A stretch of DNA of 64,000 nt, from assembly GCA_003635265.1 (NCBI GenBank), contig PYIZ01000043.1:77707-141706 (forward strand), read 5' to 3'. Below the pieces are notes generated by a model. The model saw only the letters and a program-made list of their open reading frames with translations. It made no database searches and was not told the origin of the DNA. Positions within the stretch are counted from its first letter, which is position 1. Every line of letters begins with the position of its first letter. Of the stretch, positions 18,801 to 27,204 are shown piece by piece. The stretch is from Candidatus Poribacteria bacterium. GTDB taxonomy: Bacteria > Poribacteria > WGA-4E > PCPOR2b. The translations under genes were made by a program, and so were the position numbers.

Positions 18801-19014
18801 AGTTGATGCCCTCCGGGTATTCGACCCCTTGCAGGCTTACCTTTAACGAATTTTCGTCGGTCGCTTCAAATTTGGGGAGTCTCTCCTGCATCCAGAGGGA
18901 GAGATTTCCGTATAGGGGATTGTAAAAATCCTCCGGGGTCGGGATGAGGTACAATGCTGAAAATACGAGTACCACAATGATTAAAATTAATTTCCACACA
19001 CTAACGCTGTACAT
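15871..19014 (-). CDS. secDF: fused protein-export membrane protein SecDF
   Basis: 1047 aa. The SecD part has 'LDLRGGVHLVLEV' and a 6-TM block. The SecF part has 'GIDFRGG' and a second 6-TM block. Confidence 0.9.
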   Translation of the reverse strand: MYSVSVWKLILIIVVLVFSALYLIPTPEDFYNPLYGNLSLWMQERLPKFEATDENSLKVSLQGVEYPEGINLQDATTELKEILARRLEANGFEEAVDYQFDTTEERDFLVSFLSPKSKADLEGILENLHLYGSIPTIVRRLIPDNRLKLGLDLRGGVHLVLEVDLEESKVELLKGRADSIPERLRTDKIHCREAEPVLEENALNVVVGIPKRLSDPTEQAEYLKRAQENLQDLEFFDDPQEVDRTDTEVIYQIRLDESGLEEYSEQAIDQVMVVLRNRIDAFGVAEPSIRREANRPRIIVELPGAKDSSKPLQIVKTMGRLEFKLVEKSPTGAVAWTGSADTPPPDDIPEGTEIRYHNDDGTSLANSWYVVQSPVLLSGDRIKNARETQGNTTFEIVVSMGFDSQGTRQFGQLTTNHVGELLAILLDGKIQSAPRINEPILGGNAQISGDFTFEEAQYLANILKAGAFPVGVKIAEERTVGPTLGQEAIDDGVRAAVIGMGVVLIFMLIYYRFSGIVAIIALAFNMLIILGALAGFGAALTLPGLAGLVLTIGMAVDANVLIFERIREELRTGKTVWSAIQTGYQKAFWTILDANVTTLAVAAVLYHFGTGPIKGFAVTLGVGIFASMFTAIVVTREIYGWVLGGRNVERLSIGREVIRNTTISFLSRSRMGFVVSSILIIIGLVSLVLHNGPNFGIDFRGGVKTYAKFNRAVTQPELSAKLTELGYERSKIQVDAAKQEASIDIGYSKEFESQRVVVPLIADPGDATARSVQVSATQERVRFQPGDAIQLIDGEHRLRNEISEVIEGEGTVTFALVDEIGADLTQAAQIQVQASVGQILTGALLQGDGDWKAVPRAVSVNEVGPSVGKDLKWAALWSVIWSIVILLFYISWRFEFRFAIGAIAALIHDVLITLGVFSVLVKEINLPTVAAFLTIIGYSLNDTIVVFDRIRENSTLLKGTDFAEVINRSINQSLSRTVVTSLTTLFVVLVIFLQTAAGQEINTFALALIVGVIVGTYSSVFIASPIIYLWHLRRRNIEVQEVQESTA

Positions 19015-19037
19015 TCATTTCTCCTAGGAATAAAAAA

Positions 19038-19113
19038 TGGTGCGCCTGGGAGGATTCGAACCCCCGACACGAGGCTTAGGAAGCCCCTGCTCTATCCCCT
19101 GAGCTACAGGCGC
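19038..19113 (-). tRNA. tRNA-Arg (anticodon CCU), CCA encoded
   Basis: Hand-folded cloverleaf: acceptor GCGCCTG/CAGGCGC, D stem GCTC/GAGC, anticodon loop TTCCTAA, T arm GGGGG-TTCGAAT-CCTCC. 76 nt. Confidence 0.9.
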
Positions 19114-19155
19114 AGCTCGGCTAACAACAACGGGATAGTATAGCATATCAAGGGG

Positions 19156-19671
19156 TCAAAATTCAATGAGAGAAAAAATATCTTGATCCGGGAATTTTTC
19201 GCGACCATTGAGGAAAGTAAGTTCGATGAGGACTGCAATTCCGGCAACTTCGCTGCCAAGTTTCTCGACGAGATCAATCGACGCAGCAATTGTCCCGCCC
19301 GTTGCAATCACATCGTCACAAATAAGGACACGACTTCCCGAAGAACAGGCGTCCTGATGAATTGCGAGGGTATCAACCCCATACTCCAGTTCATAACTAG
19401 CTTCATGTGTACGATAGGGAAGTTTTCCGCTTTTGCGGACGGGAACAAAGCCGATGCCCAACCGATAAGCAAGCGCACTACCGAAAATAAAACCGCGTGC
19501 ATCTATTCCTACCACCACATCAATATTTTTCGGTTCATAGTGGGCTGCCATTGCATCCACTGCATCGCGGAAAGCACCTGGATTTTGGAGCAGCGGGGTA
19601 ATATCTTTGAAAAGGATTCCCGGCTGCGGAAAATCGGGAACCTCCCGAATAAATTTGGAAAAATCGGTCAT
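19156..19671 (-). CDS. apt: adenine phosphoribosyltransferase
   Basis: 171 aa. 'VVGIDARGFIFG' and the PRPP motif 'VLICDDVIATGGT'. Confidence 0.9.
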   Translation of the reverse strand: MTDFSKFIREVPDFPQPGILFKDITPLLQNPGAFRDAVDAMAAHYEPKNIDVVVGIDARGFIFGSALAYRLGIGFVPVRKSGKLPYRTHEASYELEYGVDTLAIHQDACSSGSRVLICDDVIATGGTIAASIDLVEKLGSEVAGIAVLIELTFLNGREKFPDQDIFSLIEF

Positions 19672-19714
19672 AGGTTCACTCCAGTCTATTAAGGCGTAAA
19701 GAAGAGAAATAGGT

Positions 19715-20572
19715 TTAATTCGTCGCTCTTACCTCGAAATCTGCAAGCTGCGTTAAATAATCATAGCTCTGCTGTGCGGCAGCCTCTGGTTCCATGATTT
19801 CGGTGAATGCCTGATGCACCGTCACATAGCCGTTGTAACCAATCTCTGCCAATCCTTCAAACACATCTGAAAAGTCGATCCCGCCCGCATCCTGCAAACG
19901 AATCGGATCATGTGGAACATCCCCGCGGATCCACGTCTCAAGATGTGTCTGTCCATCGGGACGCCGGATATGGTTCTGGAGGTAAACGTTAAACAGATAA
20001 GGTGAAAACCGCTTGAGCGTTTCAGGACCGTAATCTTGTCCACAGAGGTCTAGATTTGCTGGCTCGTAGATGATGCCAAAGTTGTTTCTTCCCACCCGCT
20101 TGAGGATATCAACGGAGCCATCTACCGTTTCAAACAGACTGCGCGTATGCGACTGATGCGCCAACCGGATACCTCGCTCGCGGGCTTCGTCGGACGCTCG
20201 TTTCGCCCAGATGATATCCTCCTCCTTTTTCATCGCGATCCGAATCAGATTGGCACCCAACAGGTCGGTCAGATCTAGATAAGGCGTGATATTCCGCAGG
20301 GCATCGGGACCTTGGTCGTTGTTGATTGGAATCGGGAAATCTCCGGTAACCATTGACACAGCGAGATTGAGTTGGCGGGTTTTTTGGCGGATAGCGGTGA
20401 TCTGCTGGAGTGGTGTCTGTATCCCCGCTTGCGACGCCCTCATGCAGACAGCACTATAACCGAGCTGATCGGCGAGCGCAGCAATTTCGTCGAAAGATCG
20501 GATGGTCTCTTCTTTGGATCCGGGCGCTTCTGCCACCCGGACCGAGAGTGAAAGTTTCATCTCTTGAAACAT
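19715..20572 (-). CDS. sugar phosphate isomerase/epimerase (xylose-isomerase-like TIM barrel)
   Basis: Size and pattern typical of the AP-endonuclease-2 / TIM-barrel family. No specific function can be assigned. Confidence 0.65.
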   Translation of the reverse strand: MFQEMKLSLSVRVAEAPGSKEETIRSFDEIAALADQLGYSAVCMRASQAGIQTPLQQITAIRQKTRQLNLAVSMVTGDFPIPINNDQGPDALRNITPYLDLTDLLGANLIRIAMKKEEDIIWAKRASDEARERGIRLAHQSHTRSLFETVDGSVDILKRVGRNNFGIIYEPANLDLCGQDYGPETLKRFSPYLFNVYLQNHIRRPDGQTHLETWIRGDVPHDPIRLQDAGGIDFSDVFEGLAEIGYNGYVTVHQAFTEIMEPEAAAQQSYDYLTQLADFEVRATN

Positions 20573-20595
20573 CTCCTTTTTAGGTGGGTGCTGCT

Positions 20596-21138
20596 TCAGA
20601 ACTCAAATGGCACCCCTCTCATTCGCATTCCGTAGTCGTCCTGAAAACGTCTTCTGAGTACCTCCGGTAGCCGGAGTTCTGGCAGCTCTATATCTTCAAA
20701 CGCAACACGCTGGTCAGGGGTCAGATCGGCTTTGATTTCAGCAATGAGTCCAGAGATCTCTCTGGCATATTCCCGCCGCTGCGCGACAAAACTTCTGAGC
20801 TTCATTCTCAGTTCATGCCATTCAAGCCGGACCCTACTGCCCCGGCCTCCTTCATATCGGCTCATCGGAGCCAAGTTAGCACGGGTATAGTAAAGGCGAT
20901 ATTCAGCTTCTACTTCGTCTCGTTCAAACTCGTAATCCTCAATGATGTCGCGGATGAGTGCAATCTTGGGCTCAATATTCTCCTGTTGTTCTTGTGACAG
21001 ATTAAGTGCGGCGCTGCTTTGAGGCAGATTAATCAGTTTAACCCCTCCGCCACAGCCAAGAACCAGCAGACTGAGAATAAACAGTATGACCCATGAAACG
21101 TGATGCGTGAAACGTGATGTGTGAAAGGTGAGAATCAT
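20596..21138 (-). CDS. hypothetical lipoprotein
   Basis: Lipobox 'LLVLGCGGG'. The N-terminal 'FHTSRFTHHVS' is encoded by a TCACGYW heptamer array. The start is uncertain (21138 versus 21168). Confidence 0.5.
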   Translation of the reverse strand: MILTFHTSRFTHHVSWVILFILSLLVLGCGGGVKLINLPQSSAALNLSQEQQENIEPKIALIRDIIEDYEFERDEVEAEYRLYYTRANLAPMSRYEGGRGSRVRLEWHELRMKLRSFVAQRREYAREISGLIAEIKADLTPDQRVAFEDIELPELRLPEVLRRRFQDDYGMRMRGVPFEF

Positions 21139-21205
21139 TGGTCCATCAGCACGTTGGTCCATTAGCACATTGGTTCATTAATGAACGGGTGAACTAATGA
21201 ACTAG
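21094..21205. repeat. heptamer (TCACGYW) array followed by an octamer (NNCATTRG) array
   Basis: 'gaaacgtgatgcgtgaaacgtgatgtgtgaaagg' then 'ggtccattagcacattggttcattaatgaacgggtgaactaatgaactag'. It contains the palindrome GTTCATTAATGAAC. Confidence 0.6.
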
Positions 21206-21264
21206 ATCGGTTTTTGCTGCACAACTTCCCATCATGAGGCGTTATTACAACACGACATAACAAT

Positions 21265-22266
21265 TTATATCCGAGAGTTATCTAGAAGATCTTCATCGAG
21301 TTCAATTCCCAACCCCGGTGCATCGGGTACGGTTGCATAACCGTTCTCCATCTTGACTGCTGGCGTAACGATATCAAACGCCCGTAGGCAATTAAGCGTA
21401 ATTGATGACATCGTAGCGTTGGGCATCGTGGCAGCGAGATGGATTAGATAGGTGGTCGTTATTCCCATCCCGACAATCTGAATCCAGAGCGGTAAATGCG
21501 CAGATTCAGAAATCGCCGCTTCACGCTTTGCGTTAGCAGCCCGCGAATCCGGGTACGCGATGATGAAGGAGTCGTTCATGCCCGCCTTGATTGCTTCAAC
21601 AGGATCGGGGTTGCCGAAGTGTATCGTGATCGGCATATCACAGCCGCGTCGAATTTCTAAGTAGCCGTCAATATCGCCCTGGGGAATGGGTGATTCAAAC
21701 GCCTCAATATTGTAATCCCGGAGTTCTTTCGCAACCTCAATAGACTTCGCCGGCGTCTCAAAAGAGTCGTTGGGATCAATTCGCAGCTTGTAATCGGACG
21801 GAACGACCTCAGTGATTGCTTGTACCTGCTCGATGATATCATGCCAAGGACGCGCTTTGATTTTGTGGAGCCGATATCCGAGCGAATAGGCGCGTTTGGC
21901 TTCCTCTGCCCACTCTGCGGGTGGCATATCGATCGACCAGTATCCAATCGCCACCTTATCTTGAACCTTATCGCCCACTAGCTGATGGACCGGCACGCCG
22001 AGTGCCTTTCCCATGATGTCATAGGTAGCCTGCTGCAACGGTGTCGGTGCCAATCCATTCATGAATTCAAACGGATCTCTGCCAACGTACTGCTGAAGTC
22101 CCTCGTTGGGCTGGCCCTCAGCCTCACCGATACCAACGATTCCCGCGTCGGTGTCGACCTTATAGACGGTGTTCCCTTGGTACAGATTCCGTTCAACCAT
22201 CATTTCGGTGATGCCCTCATGATACGGAACCTTGACCGGTATCGCTTCGATCTGGGTAATCTTCAT
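21265..22266 (-). CDS. enolase-superfamily enzyme (mandelate racemase / muconate lactonizing family)
   Basis: N-terminal capping domain 'MKITQIEAIPVKVP..GIGEA' and a TIM-barrel with acidic metal ligands. Confidence 0.75.
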   Translation of the reverse strand: MKITQIEAIPVKVPYHEGITEMMVERNLYQGNTVYKVDTDAGIVGIGEAEGQPNEGLQQYVGRDPFEFMNGLAPTPLQQATYDIMGKALGVPVHQLVGDKVQDKVAIGYWSIDMPPAEWAEEAKRAYSLGYRLHKIKARPWHDIIEQVQAITEVVPSDYKLRIDPNDSFETPAKSIEVAKELRDYNIEAFESPIPQGDIDGYLEIRRGCDMPITIHFGNPDPVEAIKAGMNDSFIIAYPDSRAANAKREAAISESAHLPLWIQIVGMGITTTYLIHLAATMPNATMSSITLNCLRAFDIVTPAVKMENGYATVPDAPGLGIELDEDLLDNSRI

Positions 22267-22380
22267 GATGTGGTGTCTCCTCTTCCTTAAGGTTTATCGA
22301 TTTAGGGTTGTTTAATCCGCTTAGGGATTGTTTCCGTATTCAGCCTTTCTATAAAAATATCGCTCATCAATCCTATGGAA

Positions 22381-22460
22381 TACATGTCGCCCCGCTGGGG
22401 CTTGGGAGAATTGGTTTGCTGATGTTCTATAAACATGCCGCCCCGCTGGGGCTATGGGTC
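22381..22460 (+). repeat. tandem about-52-nt repeat (2 units), family B
   Basis: CATGTCGCCCCGCTGGGGCTT at 22383 and CATGCCGCCCCGCTGGGGCTA at 22434. Confidence 0.75.
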
Positions 22461-22620
22461 GGGCAAGTCCGAGAGTATCCATCCGAGCCGAAACCTAGCA
22501 TGACCGCGGACGCCCAACCTATAGGGTATAGGAATCGATCTTATTCCGCCACATATAACGAGCAACTGGGGTTATTCTACATCGGAAATCTGAAAAGGCT
22601 AAACGCCCTTTGAAAGGTTG

Positions 22621-24108
22621 TTACTCACGAAACCAGTCCTTGAGTATCGGATACAATTCACAATATCGCTGATAGTACGCCTCATACTGTTGCACCCGAT
22701 CCGCATCACACCTGACTGTCTCGCCCAACACAATTGCCTTTTCACATGCAGACTCAAAGTCCGAAAACACGCCAACGCCAATTCCCGCAATTATCGCCGC
22801 GCCGACAGCGGAAACCTCTCGTGTCTCCATTATCCGCACATCTTGACCGAAAACATCGGCTTGAATCGCACGCCAGAGTTCAGATTTTGCCCCGCCTTCA
22901 CCGATGCGGAGTTCGTCGATCGGGGAGCCCAACCGTTTGAAGCATTCGAGCGAGTGCCGCAGGTCAAAAGCTACACCCTCCATCAACCCCCGAATCATGT
23001 GCCCCTTTGTGTGGTGCAACGTCAGACCAATCCAACCGGCACGTGCGTGGGGATCGGGATTCGGCGTTGCTGCCCCCTGAAACCAAGGCATGAAAAATAG
23101 TCCATCACTGCCGACAGGGGCGCCTTCAGCGTGTGCCGTCAAGTCCTCAAAGCGTCCCCCAAACTGGTCACGCGCCCACGCTAGGCTCCGCCCGCCGGTA
23201 TATGTGCAGCCAAGCCAAATGTATTTTCCCGGCACCGCGTGACAGATGGGCCAAAGCTGATTGTACCCTTCATCGCTGACCCTCTCGGCAAAAGCCAAAG
23301 CGTGCCCCGCTGTACCGATTCCAACATTGGCGATTCCCGGTTTGATGACACCACCGCCCACTGCCATACACGCCATATCGCCCGCACCGGCACATACAGG
23401 CGTTCCCGCTGCTAGTCCTGTTTCTTCGGAGGCAGCTGCCGTGATTTCGCCAACCACCATAGAGGATTCGACGACGGGCGGGAAAAGATCGCGGCGAACT
23501 TCCAGAGCATCTAAGATTTCACCGCTCCAATCCCGCGTGTAGATGTCTCCAGCCGCCGATATCGAGGCATCCGAAACGTCCGATACAAAGCTGCCTGTCA
23601 GTCGGAACCCTATCCAATCCTTCTGAATGAGGGCATAACGGGCATCGTTATAAAGGTCCGGCTCATTCTCGCGTAGCCAGAGAATCTTTCCCAACGTGTT
23701 GACGGGGTTAAGCACCTGTAGTACCCGCTTGCGAAACAGGTCGCCAGCCCGTTGGTTCGCTTCGTCGCACTCCCGCTTTGAACGCCCATCCAACCAAGCA
23801 ATCGCGCGGCGGATTGGAACCCCTTGGGCATCCACGAGCATCGCGCTGTTCATTTGTCCCGAAAGCGACACACCTTTTATGTCGTGGATCGAATAGGCGG
23901 GATGCCGTGTCTTGAGTTCTGCGAGCACTTGACGGCTTGTGTCGCACAACGCGTTCCACCAATCGTCGGGATTCTGCTCCGCCCAACCGGGGTGCGGCGT
24001 CAACAACGGATAGTCCGCGCTCGCCATTGCAACGATATGACCTGCTTCGTCCATCAAAACCGTTTTGGCATTTGAGGTGCCGAGGTCAATTCCCATAACT
24101 AGTGACAC
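22621..24108 (-). CDS. xylB: FGGY-family carbohydrate kinase, xylulokinase-like
   Basis: 'GIDLGTSNAKTVLMDEAG', 'HPGWAEQNPDDWW', and C-terminal 'GGGAKS'-type 'GEGGAKSELW'. Confidence 0.65.
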   Translation of the reverse strand: MSLVMGIDLGTSNAKTVLMDEAGHIVAMASADYPLLTPHPGWAEQNPDDWWNALCDTSRQVLAELKTRHPAYSIHDIKGVSLSGQMNSAMLVDAQGVPIRRAIAWLDGRSKRECDEANQRAGDLFRKRVLQVLNPVNTLGKILWLRENEPDLYNDARYALIQKDWIGFRLTGSFVSDVSDASISAAGDIYTRDWSGEILDALEVRRDLFPPVVESSMVVGEITAAASEETGLAAGTPVCAGAGDMACMAVGGGVIKPGIANVGIGTAGHALAFAERVSDEGYNQLWPICHAVPGKYIWLGCTYTGGRSLAWARDQFGGRFEDLTAHAEGAPVGSDGLFFMPWFQGAATPNPDPHARAGWIGLTLHHTKGHMIRGLMEGVAFDLRHSLECFKRLGSPIDELRIGEGGAKSELWRAIQADVFGQDVRIMETREVSAVGAAIIAGIGVGVFSDFESACEKAIVLGETVRCDADRVQQYEAYYQRYCELYPILKDWFRE

Positions 24109-24124
24109 GGTTTCTCACCTCTTC

Positions 24125-24186
24125 GACGTGAAACGTGATGTCCCGCGAAGCGAGGATCTTCGATAAATCGGGACGTGAAACGTAAG
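24125..24186. repeat. two TCACGYW heptamer blocks flanking a small hairpin
   Basis: 'gacgtgaaacgtgatgtcc' and 'ggacgtgaaacgtaag' around gtcccg..cgggac. Confidence 0.5.
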
Positions 24187-24302
24187 ACACATAAGTTGAA
24201 ACAGTCCCCGCAAACCGTTGAGATAATTGCACACACTGTCGCCACTGAAGGAGCAGACAGGATTGGACCAATGAGCGGGCTAGGGTATAGGCAGGGACAA
24301 AA

Positions 24303-24341
24303 GGTAGAGCATTTGACGGGCGGGGAAATGCTCTACCTACG
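24303..24341 (-). repeat. REP-like perfect 12-bp hairpin followed by CCTAC
   Basis: ggtagagcattt-(11 nt)-aaatgctctacc, then 'tac'. Confidence 0.6.
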
Positions 24342-24386
24342 GGAAAACCGATGGATTTTCAATATATAGACTATGACAATATAGAT

Positions 24387-24430
24387 ATATCGGGCTACAT
24401 GGCTTCCAACGCCTCCGCGTAGCCCGATAT
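24387..24430 (-). terminator. perfect 12-bp hairpin immediately 3' of the TIM-barrel gene (terminator or REP-like)
   Basis: atatcgggctac-(20 nt)-gtagcccgatat. There is no clean U-tract. Confidence 0.35.
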
Positions 24431-24444
24431 CCTTACATTTATGC

Positions 24445-25236
24445 CTAATACCCCAGCTGCTGGAGATATTCCCGATTGACTTTCATCCGATCTTGATCCG
24501 ATCGGTCTTCGATTTGACCGGGACAGGCGGTCACCCAGCGATCATATCCGATCTCTTCCAAGGTTGTCATAATTTTGGGAAAGTCCATCACCGTCCCACT
24601 GCCGACATCAACCCAATTCACATCGTAAGACTCACCCTCGCCGCCGGAGTAGCTCGCATAGTCTTGGAGGTGAACGTAGATTAGCTGATCTTTGTAGCGT
24701 TTTATCGATTCGACAGGGTCATACCCCCACAGCGCAGAGTGTGAAACGTCGATGCACAACTTGCACTTTCTGAGCAGGCTCATATATTTCGCCCAATCCT
24801 CAATCGAGTCGATTGTTGTGTTGGTATGGATGTGGTAACACACCTCTAGGTCGTACTGTCCGGCGTATTCCGCCCATTCCTCTGAAACATCTGCTAGCGC
24901 AGCAATATCGTCGTCATTGACAGGACGGTCTTGCGGTTTGCCCGCTCCCATGAACATGAAACAATCCGCACCGACTTCGGCAGCGAAGTCCATCCGTCGT
25001 TTGTTCATCTCCATCTGCTCCCAATCCTTGTCAATCGGCAGTCCTCGTGCGGTGACAACGACAACAGGCATACCGACATTATCGCAGATCTGTCGGACCC
25101 GCTTCGGCGTTCCCACCCAATCAAAGGACTGGCGCATCTCCCATCCATCCCACCCGGCTTCCTTGAGTTCGACGAGAAGCGGTTCGAGATCAGGCGTTTG
25201 CCAACGTAACGTGCTATAACCAAGTTTGAAACCCAT
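24445..25236 (-). CDS. sugar phosphate isomerase/epimerase (TIM barrel)
   Basis: Family-typical length and His/Asp/Glu pattern ('YHIHTN', 'VHLQD'). Confidence 0.65.
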   Translation of the reverse strand: MGFKLGYSTLRWQTPDLEPLLVELKEAGWDGWEMRQSFDWVGTPKRVRQICDNVGMPVVVVTARGLPIDKDWEQMEMNKRRMDFAAEVGADCFMFMGAGKPQDRPVNDDDIAALADVSEEWAEYAGQYDLEVCYHIHTNTTIDSIEDWAKYMSLLRKCKLCIDVSHSALWGYDPVESIKRYKDQLIYVHLQDYASYSGGEGESYDVNWVDVGSGTVMDFPKIMTTLEEIGYDRWVTACPGQIEDRSDQDRMKVNREYLQQLGY

Positions 25237-25294
25237 ATCTATCCTCCATCATACAGTTTGCGAATTAGCTCTGAACAGTTGCTTTTCAAGTCCA

Positions 25295-25382
25295 TAGGGT
25301 CATTTAGTGAAGTGTCGGGATTCGGAGATCCCTCCCCGATAAATCGGGATGCAAGCACCTACAGGAGAACTAAACGTCCCTA
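25295..25382 (+). repeat. MITE-like element, family A copy with a nested extra hairpin
   Basis: TIRs TAGGGTCATTTAGT / ACTAAACGTCCCTA and core GTCGGGATTCGGAGATCCCTCC. It carries an inserted 'ccgataaatcgggatgcaagcacc'. Confidence 0.65.
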
Positions 25383-25400
25383 TAAGGTCCAGCGAAAAGA

Positions 25401-25428
25401 TTGACAAATCAACGAACAAAGGTATAAT
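25401..25428 (+). promoter_or_regulatory. near-consensus sigma70 promoter candidate upstream of the M55 peptidase gene
   Basis: TTGACA, a 16-nt spacer, then TATAAT. Confidence 0.45.
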
Positions 25429-25562
25429 AGCCAATTACGAATCCACCGTAACGCCCTACAGGCTTGTAATCGCCAAGTTTTCTTCGTAGGCGTTTCGCGA
25501 GTTTATTATGAAACAGATATGGTCAGTTGTCAAGCAATTTCTGAGATCAAAAGGAGGGTGAG

Positions 25563-26345
25563 ATGCGAATATTCATACTCGGTGACTTGGAGGGCACCGC
25601 TGGTGTCGTTGATTTTAATCTTCAGACCTATAGCGATGCAAAGTACTATGATCAAGCGAAACGACTCGCCACCTTAGAGGTGAATGCACTCATCGACGGC
25701 GTATTAGAAGGCGGGGCAGAGGAGGTGTGGTTTTTAGATGGTCATGGTCCGGGAGGGATCGACTATGAGCTGATGCACGCGGAGGCGCAGATGATCATCG
25801 GTCGTCCAATTTCGGCACCTTGGGGATTGGATGAATCGTTCGATGCGTTCTTTCTCTACGGGCACCACTCAATGGGCAACACAGAACGCGGTGTCCTCTG
25901 CCATAGTTGGAGTTCACGTGCAATTGCCAACTGCTGGCTTAACGGGGAATTGATAGGGGAGATTGGGTTTAACGCCGCAATGGCAGGCTCGTTCGGCATT
26001 CCAACAGTATTCATCAGTGGGGACGATACCGCCATCGCTGAAACGCAGCAGTATGTGCCGAATATCGTGTCGGTTGTGACGAAGAAGGGACTCTCGCAAA
26101 CAAGTGCGTTGTCGCTCGCACCCGCTAAGGCGAGGGAACTCTTGCAGGCAGGAGGAAAGACAGCAATGGAGAAAATTGGGGAAATTGAGCCGTTTACTAT
26201 TGATCCGCCTTACGAATTTATCACAGAGCTGCTGGAGGAAAAAGCGGTTGATGCGAAAGCGCAAAGATCAGATGTTGAGCGGTTGGATTCTCACAGATAC
26301 AAAATTGTCGGTGAAACACTCATCGAAATTGCACACCGCCGGTAG
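25563..26345 (+). CDS. M55-family D-aminopeptidase (DppA-like)
   Basis: 'MRIFILGDLEGTAGV' start and 'LDGHGPGG', typical of peptidase M55. Confidence 0.7.
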   Translation: MRIFILGDLEGTAGVVDFNLQTYSDAKYYDQAKRLATLEVNALIDGVLEGGAEEVWFLDGHGPGGIDYELMHAEAQMIIGRPISAPWGLDESFDAFFLYGHHSMGNTERGVLCHSWSSRAIANCWLNGELIGEIGFNAAMAGSFGIPTVFISGDDTAIAETQQYVPNIVSVVTKKGLSQTSALSLAPAKARELLQAGGKTAMEKIGEIEPFTIDPPYEFITELLEEKAVDAKAQRSDVERLDSHRYKIVGETLIEIAHRR

Positions 26346-26372
26346 TACTTTCAATAGGACGGCATGTACCTC

Positions 26373-27188
26373 CTATCTTCCGAACCGCCGTTCCCGATGG
26401 CTGTAGTCACGGATTGCTCGGAGGAAATCAATCTTTCTGAAGCCGGGCCAATAGGTATCGCAGAAGTAGTATTCCGAATAAGCACTCTGCCAGAGCATAA
26501 AGCCACTGAGCCGAATCTCGCCGCTGGTGCGGATAATCAGATCTGGGTCCGGTAGATTGGAGGTGTAGAGGTGTGAGGCAATCTTATCCGCGTTCAGCTC
26601 TGCCGCTATTTCGTCCGGCACTTTACCCTCCGCCAATTCCGATTTTAGGTAACGACGGAACGCTTCAACGATTTCCTCGCGTCCACCATAAGCCACAGCG
26701 ACGTTGAGGATAAATTTATCGTAGTTCTTTGTCGCCTCCTCCACATCGCGAATAGCTTCTTGCAGACTAAGTGGCAGTAGCTTAAGTTCTCCCATGGGGC
26801 GCACCTTAATTTGATTGGTGTGGAGTCCTTCGATGGTGAGGAGGGATCGCATCTTTGTCTCAATGACGTTGAATATTTCCTCCACTTCCTCCTCTTTACG
26901 ATTGACAAAGTTATCAAGAGAGCAGATCCAGATTGATACAATCTTGACGCCTAGTTCGTCGCACCAATGGAGCACCTCCTCTAGCTTATCCCCACCTTCG
27001 GAGTGTCCGTACTGCCGTTTCGCAGCGTCAAAAAAGCCTTCCGTTTTCGCGTACCGACGGTTCCCATCCAAGATAATTCCGATATGATAAGGGATCTGCC
27101 ACTGGCTCGCCTCCCGCTCAAGGCGTTTTTGATACAGGGCATAGAATAATTGCTTAATCTTCTTTTTAATAAATTGTAATGGCAACAT
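26373..27188 (-). CDS. uppS: isoprenyl transferase / undecaprenyl diphosphate synthase
   Basis: 'HIGIILDGNRRYA' and 'IRTSGEIRLSGFMLWQSAYSE'. The start at 27188 avoids overlap with the upstream gene. Confidence 0.9.
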   Translation of the reverse strand: MLPLQFIKKKIKQLFYALYQKRLEREASQWQIPYHIGIILDGNRRYAKTEGFFDAAKRQYGHSEGGDKLEEVLHWCDELGVKIVSIWICSLDNFVNRKEEEVEEIFNVIETKMRSLLTIEGLHTNQIKVRPMGELKLLPLSLQEAIRDVEEATKNYDKFILNVAVAYGGREEIVEAFRRYLKSELAEGKVPDEIAAELNADKIASHLYTSNLPDPDLIIRTSGEIRLSGFMLWQSAYSEYYFCDTYWPGFRKIDFLRAIRDYSHRERRFGR

Positions 27189-27204
27189 GATGGATAAATG
27201 TAGA

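Noticed and set aside
19183-19692. Long antisense ORFs opposite clearly assigned genes. Examples: 169 aa opposite apt, 59033..59560 opposite the SDR, 60276..60929 within the BNR gene, 62700..63185 opposite tnpB, and 17729..18262 opposite secDF.
   Set aside because: They are shadow ORFs of strongly motif-supported genes on the other strand. They have no recognisable motifs or RBS.
22308-22613. A 101-aa ORF in the enolase/kinase intergenic region.
   Set aside because: It is largely translated from the family B tandem repeats (the duplicated 'APLGL' peptide). It is a repeat artefact rather than a gene.
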